Source of the DNA: Octopus bimaculoides
Taxonomy: Eukaryota
DNA: 37,524 bases
Assembly: GCF_001194135.2 (NCBI RefSeq)
Contig: NC_068985.1
Span: 78,660,853 to 78,698,376, forward strand
Reading direction: 5' to 3'
The translations under genes and the position numbers were made by a program. Of this stretch, positions 24,213-35,214 are shown one piece after another. The notes under the pieces are model-generated. The model made no database searches and was not told the origin of the DNA. It saw nothing but the letters and a program-made list of their open reading frames with translations. How positions within the stretch are numbered: the stretch's first letter is position 1; each line of letters starts with the position of its first letter.

Positions 24213-25228
24213 CGCATACAGTAAATAAAGGGATGCAGTCATAATCATAACTTTGTTGTTGTTTATCCCCAGGTAAGTTCTGATCTTGTTGACTTGTAAT
24301 CAAAAATATTCCATTTGTGACTAACCCCACTTTTATTGATTCTGATATAGCTTATCTAGGATTATATATTACCTGATATTTTTCTTTTTTTCTTTGACAG
24401 TTGATTATGATTTAAAGGAGATTTGGTTCCTATTTCTAACAGATCTAGCAAGCTTGTAGACAATCCTTCATTGAATAAGGTTTAAATAGCCCTCACACGA
24501 GTGCTCTCAGTTTCACACCAAACTACTTGTAGCTAGTGAGAAAAGATTTGAGAAATTTGGCTGCTGCTATTTCTAGCATGTTGAGTGATGACACAAAGGC
24601 TCCCTACATGACTCGTATAATTTGGTGGTCCCTAAACTTATTTTGTTGTGGAACCCATACATATATTTTATAGACAACCCCCACCACAATCATCATCATC
24701 ATCATCATCATCATCGTCGTTTAACGTCTGCTTTCCATGCTAGCATGGGTTGGACGATTTGACTGAGGACTGGTGAAACTAGATGGCTACACTAGGCTCC
24801 AATCTGATTTGGCAGAGTTTCTACAGCTGGATGCCCTTCCTAACNNNNNNNNNNTCCTAATGCCAACCACTCCGAGAGTGTAGTGGGTGCTTTTACGTGC
24901 CACCGGCACGAAGGCCAGTCAGGCGGTACTGGCAACGGCCACACTCAAAATGGTGTATTTTACATGCCACCTGCACAGGAGCCAGTTCGGCAGCACTCGC
25001 AACAATCTCGCTCAAATTAAATGAATCAAAATTATGTTAGAGAAAGGGTTTATTATAGGGTGATGTAGAAGAGGAAAACGTCGTCAAACTTACATTGACA
25101 ACTTGATTGCATGCACTAGACTAGAGTATATGCAGGACCTCAAGGCAGTGATGTTGAGCCAAGAAGTGTGGTGGACTTTATTGTTGCAGCCTGGGTTGGA
25201 ACCTAGCCATAATAACGAAAACATATAA

Positions 25229-25263
<35 letters not shown>

Positions 25264-26299
25264 AGCCATCCACTTATTTTTAAAGTGGTGAAGATAAATC
25301 CTTATCTTGCCTTACAAAGTTCCAGAATGTTCTCACAGAATCCACTTTGGGAAATACTGGTCTTATGTAATTTTATCCTTTTACTTGTTCCAGTCATTTG
25401 ATTGTGGCCATGCTGGAGCACTGCTTTAAAGGGTTTTAGTTGAAGAAGTCAGCCCTAGGACTTATTTGTAAGCCTAACACTTATTCTATTGGTCTCTCTT
25501 GCTGAACTGCTATGTTAAAGGGATGTAAATGCACCAATTCTGGTTGTCAGGTGATGGTGGAGGAACAAAGACACACAAATATATACATATATATATGTAT
25601 GTATGTATATACTGTATTTTCCGGCAGACTGGATGTACTTTCCTTATTTTTAATTGTGTCAAAAAAATTGCCCTGCATCTAATGGGAGACTGAGCGCTGT
25701 AGGCTAGGGAAGCTGAATGAGCATACTGGGTAAGTTCCCTAGGCACAAAAATTGATTGTTGCTAACAATAAAATAATGAAAACGAGCCAAATTATCACAA
25801 ACTTACAAAAAGTTGCTTATGAGGGAAGCTCACATCATCTCACCTCCTTCCCCAGCATACAAAACCCACATCTGATATATGTATTAGATTATTTAATGAC
25901 TGGGTTACCTTTAAGAAACATTTGTTCATTATCTAAATGCAAAATGCTCCTAGGAATTTGAAAGGAATGTTAAGCTTTCATCCTCCTGGCAGCCATTTGC
26001 AGTGATCAAATCAGATGATGACTTTGGGGGCTTCACTTCTATGGCAGTGCTGCCTTCCTGTTGTGTTCCTTTCTTGGTCATTCATTTGTATTTGGCACTT
26101 AGTCTTTTTTGCCTTATTTTCCACATTGTGGCCTGATGCTGTAACACAAAACATCACATCCGGAATAGCAATTCTCTTGCCCAAAATATAAACAACTATA
26201 CAGCTGATCGGAGAGGAGGCAAGCTTTGGGATGTGGTTTACCTTAACATACTGGTAAATTTCATACAGAGTCCAAACCCATGGTTGAAAAACAAAAAAA

Positions 26300-27340
26300 C
26301 GGCACTGCTATAATATCAAATTCAAATTAGATGTAACCTATGCAAAAGATCTTGGTAATAGGGCAGCTGCTTGGTATTTTGGTCCACCACCAACTGAGAA
26401 AATAGTAAGGATGTAAAGGAAACGAGCAGCTGAAGGCTGTTAAACATAGCAAACACTGCCTTGGTAGGGGAGTTGTAAAGTGGCACGAACGAGAATTAAA
26501 ACATGAGTTTTAGACTAAAGATTGGGCTTTTCAGTAGCCACTAAAATTATTATATACCATTCATTAAAGAAACCTTCTTTATTAATTTGGGACCATGGAG
26601 GCGCAATGGCCCAGTGGTTAGGGCAGCGGACTCACGGTTTCGATTCCTAGACCGGACGTTGTGAGTGTTTATTGAGTGAAAAACAACTAAAAGCTTCACG
26701 AAGCTCTGGCAGGGGATGGTGGCGAACCCTGCTGTACTCTTTCACCACAACTTTCTCTCACTTTTACTTCCTATTTCTGTTGTGCCTGTAATTCAAAGGG
26801 TCAGCCTTGTCACACTGTGTCATGCTGAATATCCCCGAGAACTACGTTATGGGTACACGTGTCTGTGGAGTGCTCAGCCACTTGCATGTTAATTTCACGA
26901 GCAAGCTGTTCTGTTGATCGGATCAACTGGAACCCGCGACGGAGTGCCAAAAACAACAATTTGGGACCAGTTTCAGGTTTATAAAGCTGAGCTTCTGATG
27001 AGGAAATTTGGAGGCCCAGTTAGCTGTAATTCCAGGAAGCCTAACCAGCCAGTTACAGCCTTTAGATGTTTCAGTCAATAAACCATTTAAAAGATTTGTT
27101 TGGGAAGAGTGGATGCAGTCTTCAGATTTTGAAATGACACCAACAGGAAGCAGTGAAAGGCCTACTATTACACAAGTGTGTGAGTGGGTAAAAAGTTCAT
27201 AGAATGCTGTAAAAGATGTAGTTGTGAAATCATTTTAAAAAACGTTGCATAAATAATGCCCTTGATGGTACTGAGGACGATTTATTGTTTGAAGATGAGA
27301 TTGATGACCCAGATCCTATTGCAGAGAATTCCAGTGATGA
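26300..27340 (+). mobile_element. Internally deleted pogo-superfamily (POGK/Passer-like) transposase relic
   Basis: 26300-26425 reads RHCYNIKFKLDVTYAKDLGNRAAAWYFGPPPTEKIVRM*RK (Brinker-type HTH). 27008-27202 reads LAVIPGSLTSQLQPLDVSVNKPFK (DDE_1 motif), followed by an acidic tail. Confidence 0.8.
26596..26957 (+). mobile_element. Near full-length tRNA-derived SINE (family D) with 12-bp TSD
   Basis: tRNA-like head ggaggcgcaatggcccagtggttagggcagcggactc..ggtttcgattcc; (AAC)n tail; TSD AATTTGGGACCA at 26584-26595 and 26958-26969. Confidence 0.85.
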
Positions 27341-29512
27341 TAGTACCGGTAATATGGATGGCAATATTGAAAATAACTGTAACCATGTTTAGGAATTCGC
27401 CACATTTATTGTATTTTGCTGATTGGTTTGTACCAGTTTTTATCAGTATATTTGCTTTTTGTTTGCATGTACCAAGATTCATTGATACCAATGTATATTT
27501 CTTCTTTTTTGCTATGGCAAATTTAATTTAGTTTCCTTTGAATTTGAGTGTAATGCTGCATATGATTTCATAGTCCAGGATACTGTCACCATAGTGTACT
27601 TCGTGCTCAGAATCATACAATTTTCCCTACAAAACCACTTTAAAATATCTTTCAATAAATGTATGATGAAACATACTAAAATTGTTCATTCTGCAAGATG
27701 CCCTTGTAAAATAAGAGTGTGTCCAATGTGCCAGCAAATATGATATATATATATATATGACTGGCTTCTTTCAGTTTCCGTCTACCAAATCCACTCACAA
27801 GTCTGGTTGGCCCGAAGCTATAGTAAAGGACACTTGCCCAAGGTGTCATGCGGTGGGACTGAACCCAGAATCATGTTCTATTGGTTTCCTTTGCCAAACC
27901 ACTAAGTTACAAGGATGTAAACACACCAATACCGATTGTGAAGTGGTGGTGCAAGACAAATATACACAGACACCCATCCACATGCACATATACATACACA
28001 CACACACACACACACACGTGTCGGGCTTCTTTCAGTTTCTGTCTACTGAATCCACTTGCAAGGTTTTGGTTGGCCTGAGGCAATAGTAGAAGACACACAA
28101 GGTGCCACACAGTGAGACTGAACCCAAAACCATGTGGTTGAGAAGCAAATTTCTTTCTCCACAGCCATGCCTGCACATGTAATAGGAAATACATTGCCTT
28201 TTTGGAATGTATTAACTGAAAAAGCTCTTGTGTAAGAGGAGGTTATTTCCTGTTATCACATATGTACATATTAAAAGCTTTCAAAATAATTTTTTATTTG
28301 ACTTCATTATTACAAATTATATATGACTTGATGCAAGCACAAACTAACCTGTTATGACTACATTCATGTAGATTCTCTGACAAGGATTGGGAGTAGTTTG
28401 TTGTATTTTGTTCAAGTTTGTATCAAAAACTTAACTTAATGGCTCAATAAAATATATACAAATCAGCTAAAAACCTTGAAATTATTGCTCCAACATGACT
28501 GCTAGGCCTTGATCTGTCATGGTGGCTTAACATACATTGTTGCCAAATTTTGGCATCATAAGTGTTAGGCTTCCTTTCCAGAGTTCAAGAAATATTTCGC
28601 ATGTGTTTAGTAGCTGACCCTCTATGATGCCTAAGTAATTAGAACGTAAGTGGTGTTGCTACAAATGTTTTACTAGAAACATGCCAGAAAACAACTAACT
28701 ATTACCAATTGACAAAGATTCATTTCAGTTATTAACAAACCTATTTCTTCTGTTTGACTTTTTTTCCAACTACATGCAATCCTCAAGATTGATCTGTTCA
28801 CCTTGCATTTCTAGTAGTTTTGAATGTTGTCAGTAGTCATACAATAGCCTTTGAATAGCCAGCTGCATATCATCTCTACCCAAGCTTCCTTGATAAAACC
28901 ATTCATGTTGAGTATCACTTGTCACCAAACCCTACGCTAAAGAAAGTTGGAACCCCATGTTATTTTCGAAAACTTTCTCCATAATATGTGCTCCAATAGA
29001 AATGGAGTTGTGAACTATTTTAGCTGCAAATTTACAAAACTGATGGGGCTCTGAAAGGGGTCCCTGAGTAGCGTCCCTGCCTTCCTGAGCTAGTTTTCCA
29101 CCATAATTCTTAAAAATCGTGGTAGAGGCCTTGGTCTCAGGACCACTCCTGTCTAGAAACTGAGGTTGGGGTTATGTTAAATTTATATCTTCTCTCCTCC
29201 ACATCACACACATATATGAAGCACCATGGATAATTTAACATCTCTTAGATTTTATGATGATTGTCGAAATATCAGATAATCAAGTGTGACAGCAAAGGTC
29301 TAATAGTTGGTTAGTATTGAATTTAGTTCTAGTTAAGCTTCTGGGAGGAAAGCAAGGCTAGAGGTATGTTTTTGTTTGTGGCGGGTGAGGGTCTAACTGA
29401 AATATATAGGAGTAACTCCTGTAGAGCTTCCGGGCAGTAGTGGTGAAGAGGAACTGTGGTGGACTAGAAGAGAGATAGAGGACACGGGTTATTGTGTATG
29501 CACACATATATA

Positions 29513-29724
29513 CGAGGGAGTGCTGAAAAGTTCCTGACTTTTGTTAAAAGAAAATACAAGAGGATCAGTTAATTATGATTTTATTCAACATATCCCCCAA
29601 GATTCACACTTATTGAAGCAATCCTTCAGTTTTTCTAAGCCCTGTAAAAGAACTCAGAAGATTGGGTCTCCAACTAGGTCTTTTGTGATACCCTTAAAGC
29701 CAGGGACTTTTCAGCACCCTCTCG
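29513..29724. mobile_element. Mariner-derived MITE with TA TSD
   Basis: TA|CGAGGGAGTGCTGAAAAGTTCCTG...CAGGGACTTTTCAGCACCCTCTCG|TA. Confidence 0.8.
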
Positions 29725-30471
29725 TATATATATAAGGAGCATGTATGTATAAGTGAACAAACGAGAGGTTTTGTTGTACTTAATAAGTTTGACTCAGCTC
29801 TGCATTACTTAGTTTCTCTAGGGTAGGACACGTTCCCCTCATCAGATGTTCGGATAACTATTACTTTTACCAAATGAGAAGAATATGCTTCACTGCAGAG
29901 GTCTAATAAGACCAGGGCAATGTTCGTTGTTTTCGTTTAAAAGCCAGATCCATTTCTGTGCTGCATTTTCTATATACTCACAAAGATTTGTGATCCAATC
30001 TATTGGTTATCCCCCTTATTTATTTTTTTTTTTTTAAACACCCCAGACTGGAATCTTGTCTATTAATTGCATAGATAATCTCAGTTAATTGAAGTTTTAC
30101 GACTCGTTAATTTGAATAATATAAAAGCATTGAGGTGAGGGAAAGTGTAGTGGAATATGAACGAAAGAAAATGAATGAGGAGAGCTGAAAGTTGGATGAA
30201 AGGGGAAAGACAGTGAATGCGAAGGAGATAACCGTATAACGGTAACTTCAATATGAAAATATGACTTCTTCAGAATAAGACAATGCGGTACCAATTATTG
30301 ATATTATTATATTTCTTTATTTGATCTTTAACTGCTTCTCAATAAATCCATATGATCGCTGCACTTGTTTTAAATTAATCTTCCACCGGTTACCTTTCAT
30401 GGGGTCCGTGTCACTGTTTAAAACAAATATTGTCTGCCATGGTTTACTTATTGTACTTCGAGAGGTTCGTG

Positions 30472-32223
30472 TTATTGTATATGTCTAACATTATCTGCTA
30501 TGGCTTTTCTCACTGCAATGTGGCCAGACAATATCTGCTTGGCTTCACTTACTGAGCATCTATTGATACCAATCAAAAGAGCTGTCGGTAACACTTTTGG
30601 TGTCCTCTTCGCTATTTGTGTACGTCTGCTGATAGGTTGACATAACTGTTCCTGTGATAATTCATCGGAATCGTACAACACACGCAATATCTGTTCCGCT
30701 GCCTCTTCTTGACTCAGTTCTGTGAAATCTGTTAAAATTCCAATTGCTCTGTGGTAAAGTTTGTTATTACTTAATTTCAAGTCCACCATAATATTCTGAA
30801 AAACTTTCCCCTTTAAGATATGTGCTCCAGTAGAAATTGCGTTGAGGACCAATTTAGCAGCAAATTCACAAAATGCTGTTGACCATTCTTTAGCAACTTT
30901 ACAATCTATTAAATCGGAGATTTCATGCCAAGGCATTTCAAGATTAATAAATGAATTATTTATTTGTAGTTGGGGTTTAGTTTTTTCAAAGGAATTTAAA
31001 TGAATTTGTATTGTTTTACATTTAGATAAAGAGGGTGAAGTTAGGGTAACATCTCGTTCGTCGTCGTTTAAAACAACAACCAAGTCACTTTCTTCGAAAT
31101 GCTTAGCTACAACTTCATTAAAATGTTTCAGCGATATATCTGACCCTCTATTTTGGACACTGAGATCCCCTTCTTGGTTAGCCAATGTATGATAACCCCC
31201 AACAAGATATGCATTTACATCTGTTGGATCTGACCCAAAAGTTGGGCAACATTCCGAGGCGTCAATTAAGCTCATAATACCGATGCTGTTATAACCAATG
31301 TAATAGAGATGACCGTTTGACTGGAGACATGTTCCAGATAATTCTATCGCCTTTGCTATCTGAGCTGATTTAGAATAAACACTCCGACAGACAGATTGAT
31401 AGCCAGCGATTATGTTAAATATCGAAGGCATCATTAAAGAATTAAAGCCTCCCAGAGACTGCAAAAGAGCTGGAATAAAAATGCTTTCTAATATAATTTT
31501 TGTAACCGATCCACCTTTCATTCGACTTGAACCACAAATAGCTTCAGGCCCGACAATGGGGTTAATTAGAAAGGCCTTACCTTCTGCGACAACTGGAAGA
31601 TATGATTTCATAACATCGTAAAAGCTCTTCCCTCCCCATTTTTCGATGTTGGTTTTCCTTGACAGGCAGCTAGGATTAAACCCAATTAGAACCGGCGTGT
31701 ACTTCGTCAAATGCTTGATACAATAGTCCAATTGTCCGGCCACGAACGGCGCTGAAAGTCCACAAGTAATGCCTACATATAGTACTCGGCTTTTCTCCAC
31801 CGTTGCTGTCTCCAGTATATCCGCACCTAATTGAGGATCATCTTCGTAAAGTTCTTGTGAAGTAAACAGTGCCTCGTCACCTCCAGCAATTATGTAACGG
31901 AAACACGGTTCATTCGATCCTGTTTCTTTCAGTCTGTTGTTCATGGCTCTAGCCAAGAGAAAGGCCAACCTCCCTGATGTACCGCAACCAGAGAGAACAA
32001 CTGCACTTCGGACAGGGTCTTGTATGAGAGACGTCGCAAGTTGTTGTACGGTAGCAATTGTATTCAGTACAACATCGCTGAAAACGTTTTGATCCTTATA
32101 TTTTCCCCAACCAGAAAATATTTCTGAATCACATGATTCTAAGAGTTTCACGATTTCCTGAGGTGTTGACACATCAATGTTTGTTGTAATTGGGTTTCTC
32201 CTTTCTGTTACTGGCTTCTCCAT
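30472..32223 (-). CDS. GCKR: Glucokinase regulatory protein-like (tandem SIS domains, MurQ-related), single exon, 583 aa
   Basis: Motifs PVTERRNP, VVLSGCGTSGRLAF, GITCGLSAPFVAGQ, GPEAICGSSRMKGGSVTKIILE, DASECCPTFG and NAISTGAHILKGKVFQNIMVDLKLSNNKLYHRA match the GKRP/MurQ family; uninterrupted ORF. Confidence 0.9.
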   Translation of the reverse strand: MEKPVTERRNPITTNIDVSTPQEIVKLLESCDSEIFSGWGKYKDQNVFSDVVLNTIATVQQLATSLIQDPVRSAVVLSGCGTSGRLAFLLARAMNNRLKETGSNEPCFRYIIAGGDEALFTSQELYEDDPQLGADILETATVEKSRVLYVGITCGLSAPFVAGQLDYCIKHLTKYTPVLIGFNPSCLSRKTNIEKWGGKSFYDVMKSYLPVVAEGKAFLINPIVGPEAICGSSRMKGGSVTKIILESIFIPALLQSLGGFNSLMMPSIFNIIAGYQSVCRSVYSKSAQIAKAIELSGTCLQSNGHLYYIGYNSIGIMSLIDASECCPTFGSDPTDVNAYLVGGYHTLANQEGDLSVQNRGSDISLKHFNEVVAKHFEESDLVVVLNDDERDVTLTSPSLSKCKTIQIHLNSFEKTKPQLQINNSFINLEMPWHEISDLIDCKVAKEWSTAFCEFAAKLVLNAISTGAHILKGKVFQNIMVDLKLSNNKLYHRAIGILTDFTELSQEEAAEQILRVLYDSDELSQEQLCQPISRRTQIAKRTPKVLPTALLIGINRCSVSEAKQILSGHIAVRKAIADNVRHIQ

Positions 32224-32822
32224 GATTCACTGAATGTTTAAACTTATGCTACAGTAAAATATGACTTCACCCAACAAACGCACTCCCTCTTGATCAATGT
32301 GCCCGCCTTTATCGGAAACCCGTTCCAAAGGTCACGAACGTAAATTTCATAAACAAAAATCTGTGTGGTGTAAGGGAGGTAACTGCAATTGAATAAAATC
32401 TAAATCTGTGTTAAAGTTGTTCATGATTCACAAGTCGGGTTTGATCAACTTGACACAATCGAATGCATTCCAGTCATGACCATCCCATCTTTGGGAAATC
32501 TGGAATTGCATTATCCAATGTGTTCTTTCTTTCTAAGATTATAGGGAGTGGTCATGGGGAAATTTAAGAATTATTACTATTAATATATATATATATTAAT
32601 AATATTAGGGGATAAAAATCCAAATTTACAGGTAAAAACTCAATTAAATTCAATTTATTAAAAATTAAAATTAAATTAAGTTTCACAGTATAAAATATAT
32701 ACATATATATATATATATAGTTTTAGGGAAAAAGAACCAAGGTTCATGAACTCATCGATGAAAATCTACTGTCACATATAGAAAAATTAATAAGTAAAAG
32801 CACAATAAATAAGTATAATATA

Positions 32823-33744
32823 NNNNNNNNNNNNNNNNNNNNNNNNNNNNNNNNNNNNNNNNNNNNNNNNNNNNNNNNNNNNNNNNNNNNNNNNNNNNNN
32901 NNNNNNNNNNNNNNNNNNNNNNNNNNNNNNNNNNNNNNNNNNNNNNNNNNNNNNNNNNNNNNNNNNNNNNNNNNNNNNNNNNNNNNNNNNNNNNNNNNNN
33001 NNNNNNNNNNNNNNNNNNNNNNNNNNNNNNNNNNNNNNNNNNNNNNNNNNNNNNNNNNNNNNNNNNNNNNNNNNNNNNNNNNNNNNNNNNNNNNNNNNNN
33101 NNNNNNNNNNNNNNNNNNNNNNNNNNNNNNNNNNNNNNNNNNNNNNNNNNNNNNNNNNNNNNNNNNNNNNNNNNNNNNNNNNNNNNNNNNNNNNNNNNNN
33201 NNNNNNNNNNNNNNNNNNNNNNNNNNNNNNNNNNNNNNNNNNNNNNNNNNNNNNNNNNNNNNNNNNNNNNNNNNNNNNNNNNNNNNNNNNNNNNNNNNNN
33301 NNNNNNNNNNNNNNNNNNNNNNNNNNNNNNNNNNNNNNNNNNNNNNNNNNNNNNNNNNNNNNNNNNNNNNNNNNNNNNNNNNNNNNNNNNNNNNNNNNNN
33401 NNNNNNNNNNNNNNNNNNNNNNNNNNNNNNNNNNNNNNNNNNNNNNNNNNNNNNNNNNNNNNNNNNNNNNNNNNNNNNNNNNNNNNNNNNNNNNNNNNNN
33501 NNNNNNNNNNNNNNNNNNNNNNNNNNNNNNNNNNNNNNNNNNNNNNNNNNNNNNNNNNNNNNNNNNNNNNNNNNNNNNNNNNNNNNNNNNNNNNNNNNNN
33601 NNNNNNNNNNNNNNNNNNNNNNNNNNNNNNNNNNNNNNNNNNNNNNNNNNNNNNNNNNNNNNNNNNNNNNNNNNNNNNNNNNNNNNNNNNNNNNNNNNNN
33701 NNNNNNNNNNNNNNNNNNNNNNNNNNNNNNNNNNNNNNNNNNNN
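32823..33744. other. Assembly gap (others: 24845-24854, 34101-34902, 36505-36879)
   Basis: Runs of N. Confidence 1.
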
Positions 33745-33789
<45 letters not shown>

Positions 33790-33844
33790 TCAATAAAGCA
33801 GAAATGTATCTTTTAGGAAGTTAAAAGTTGATGGCCGGTTATAA

Positions 33845-33902
33845 AGTGACCATTGGTTTCGCACCTATAAAGCGGTTGGCATTATAGGCGACTCATCAGA
33901 TT
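33845..33902 (-). ncRNA. Minimal type I hammerhead ribozyme motif, family A copy 2 (inverted)
   Basis: On -: AAU-CUGAUGA-GUCGCCUAUAA-loop-UUAUAGGUGC-GAAA-CCAAUGG-UC-ACU; 10-bp stem II with one bulge, one stem I mismatch. Confidence 0.75.
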
Positions 33903-34902
33903 CAAATGACTGAAAGGGCTAATAAATGAATGAGTTATAGCGGGACTAAATATTCAGTTAAGGCCCTCGTCTGAAACGTCTCCTGCTTCAGACTTGGAAT
34001 TCCCCATTCATTGAATAGTCTCACCACAGCACTTTCGATTATCCTTATGGCCGCAACCGATGTAAGGGAGATAACTCCGTCCTGCCCGCAGCACCGACAT
34101 NNNNNNNNNNNNNNNNNNNNNNNNNNNNNNNNNNNNNNNNNNNNNNNNNNNNNNNNNNNNNNNNNNNNNNNNNNNNNNNNNNNNNNNNNNNNNNNNNNNN
34201 NNNNNNNNNNNNNNNNNNNNNNNNNNNNNNNNNNNNNNNNNNNNNNNNNNNNNNNNNNNNNNNNNNNNNNNNNNNNNNNNNNNNNNNNNNNNNNNNNNNN
34301 NNNNNNNNNNNNNNNNNNNNNNNNNNNNNNNNNNNNNNNNNNNNNNNNNNNNNNNNNNNNNNNNNNNNNNNNNNNNNNNNNNNNNNNNNNNNNNNNNNNN
34401 NNNNNNNNNNNNNNNNNNNNNNNNNNNNNNNNNNNNNNNNNNNNNNNNNNNNNNNNNNNNNNNNNNNNNNNNNNNNNNNNNNNNNNNNNNNNNNNNNNNN
34501 NNNNNNNNNNNNNNNNNNNNNNNNNNNNNNNNNNNNNNNNNNNNNNNNNNNNNNNNNNNNNNNNNNNNNNNNNNNNNNNNNNNNNNNNNNNNNNNNNNNN
34601 NNNNNNNNNNNNNNNNNNNNNNNNNNNNNNNNNNNNNNNNNNNNNNNNNNNNNNNNNNNNNNNNNNNNNNNNNNNNNNNNNNNNNNNNNNNNNNNNNNNN
34701 NNNNNNNNNNNNNNNNNNNNNNNNNNNNNNNNNNNNNNNNNNNNNNNNNNNNNNNNNNNNNNNNNNNNNNNNNNNNNNNNNNNNNNNNNNNNNNNNNNNN
34801 NNNNNNNNNNNNNNNNNNNNNNNNNNNNNNNNNNNNNNNNNNNNNNNNNNNNNNNNNNNNNNNNNNNNNNNNNNNNNNNNNNNNNNNNNNNNNNNNNNNN
34901 NN

Positions 34903-34976
34903 CAGTAACTGCACGATAAAGTGTAGTATATTGCCACTTAAGTGGCAATATACTACACTTTATCGTGCAGTTACTG
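34903..34976. repeat. Perfect 74-bp spacerless palindrome at a gap edge
   Basis: 37-bp arms centred on CTT|AAG at 34939/34940. Confidence 0.9.
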
Positions 34977-35156
34977 TTAATACTTCATTTAGAGAATGAA
35001 CATTGCTTATATATATATAGTTTTAGGCCGCAACCGATGTAAGGGAGATAACTCCGTCCTGCCCGCAGCACCGACATGTTTCTTTCATAAAACCAACAGA
35101 CCGTTACGTATGTCTTCCTGCACTTTCTAGAGAGGTTATGCGTCTTTAGTCATTTT

Positions 35157-35214
35157 AGTCTGATGAGTTGCCAATAACGCTAAACACTTTATAGGTGCGA
35201 AACCAATGGTCACT
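35157..35214 (+). ncRNA. Minimal type I hammerhead ribozyme motif, family A copy 1; predicted GUC cleavage after 35211
   Basis: AGU-CUGAUGA-[stem II G(U)UGCCAAUAA.../...UUAUAGGUGC]-GAAA-CCAAUGG-UC-ACU. Confidence 0.78.

Noticed and set aside
26596-26665. tRNA-like sequences at SINE heads
   Set aside because: The cloverleaf is incomplete and continues into SINE bodies; these are not tRNA genes.
26996-27010. CUGAUGAGGAAA motif
   Set aside because: No stem II; it lies within the pogo relic.
28480-29160. Possible decayed LINE RT (RDDMQL resembling ADD.QL) on -
   Set aside because: A single degenerate motif among many stops; unsupported.
35026-35077. Repeat ccgatgtaagggagataactccg resembling the 5' half of the family B hammerhead, or an HDV-like ribozyme start
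   Set aside because: It lacks GAAA and stem III, and no P1/P2 pairings of an HDV fold could be built.
35073-35082. GAAACAUGUC half-hammerhead on - with a palindromic stem III
   Set aside because: There is no CUGANGA or stem I partner at the right distance.
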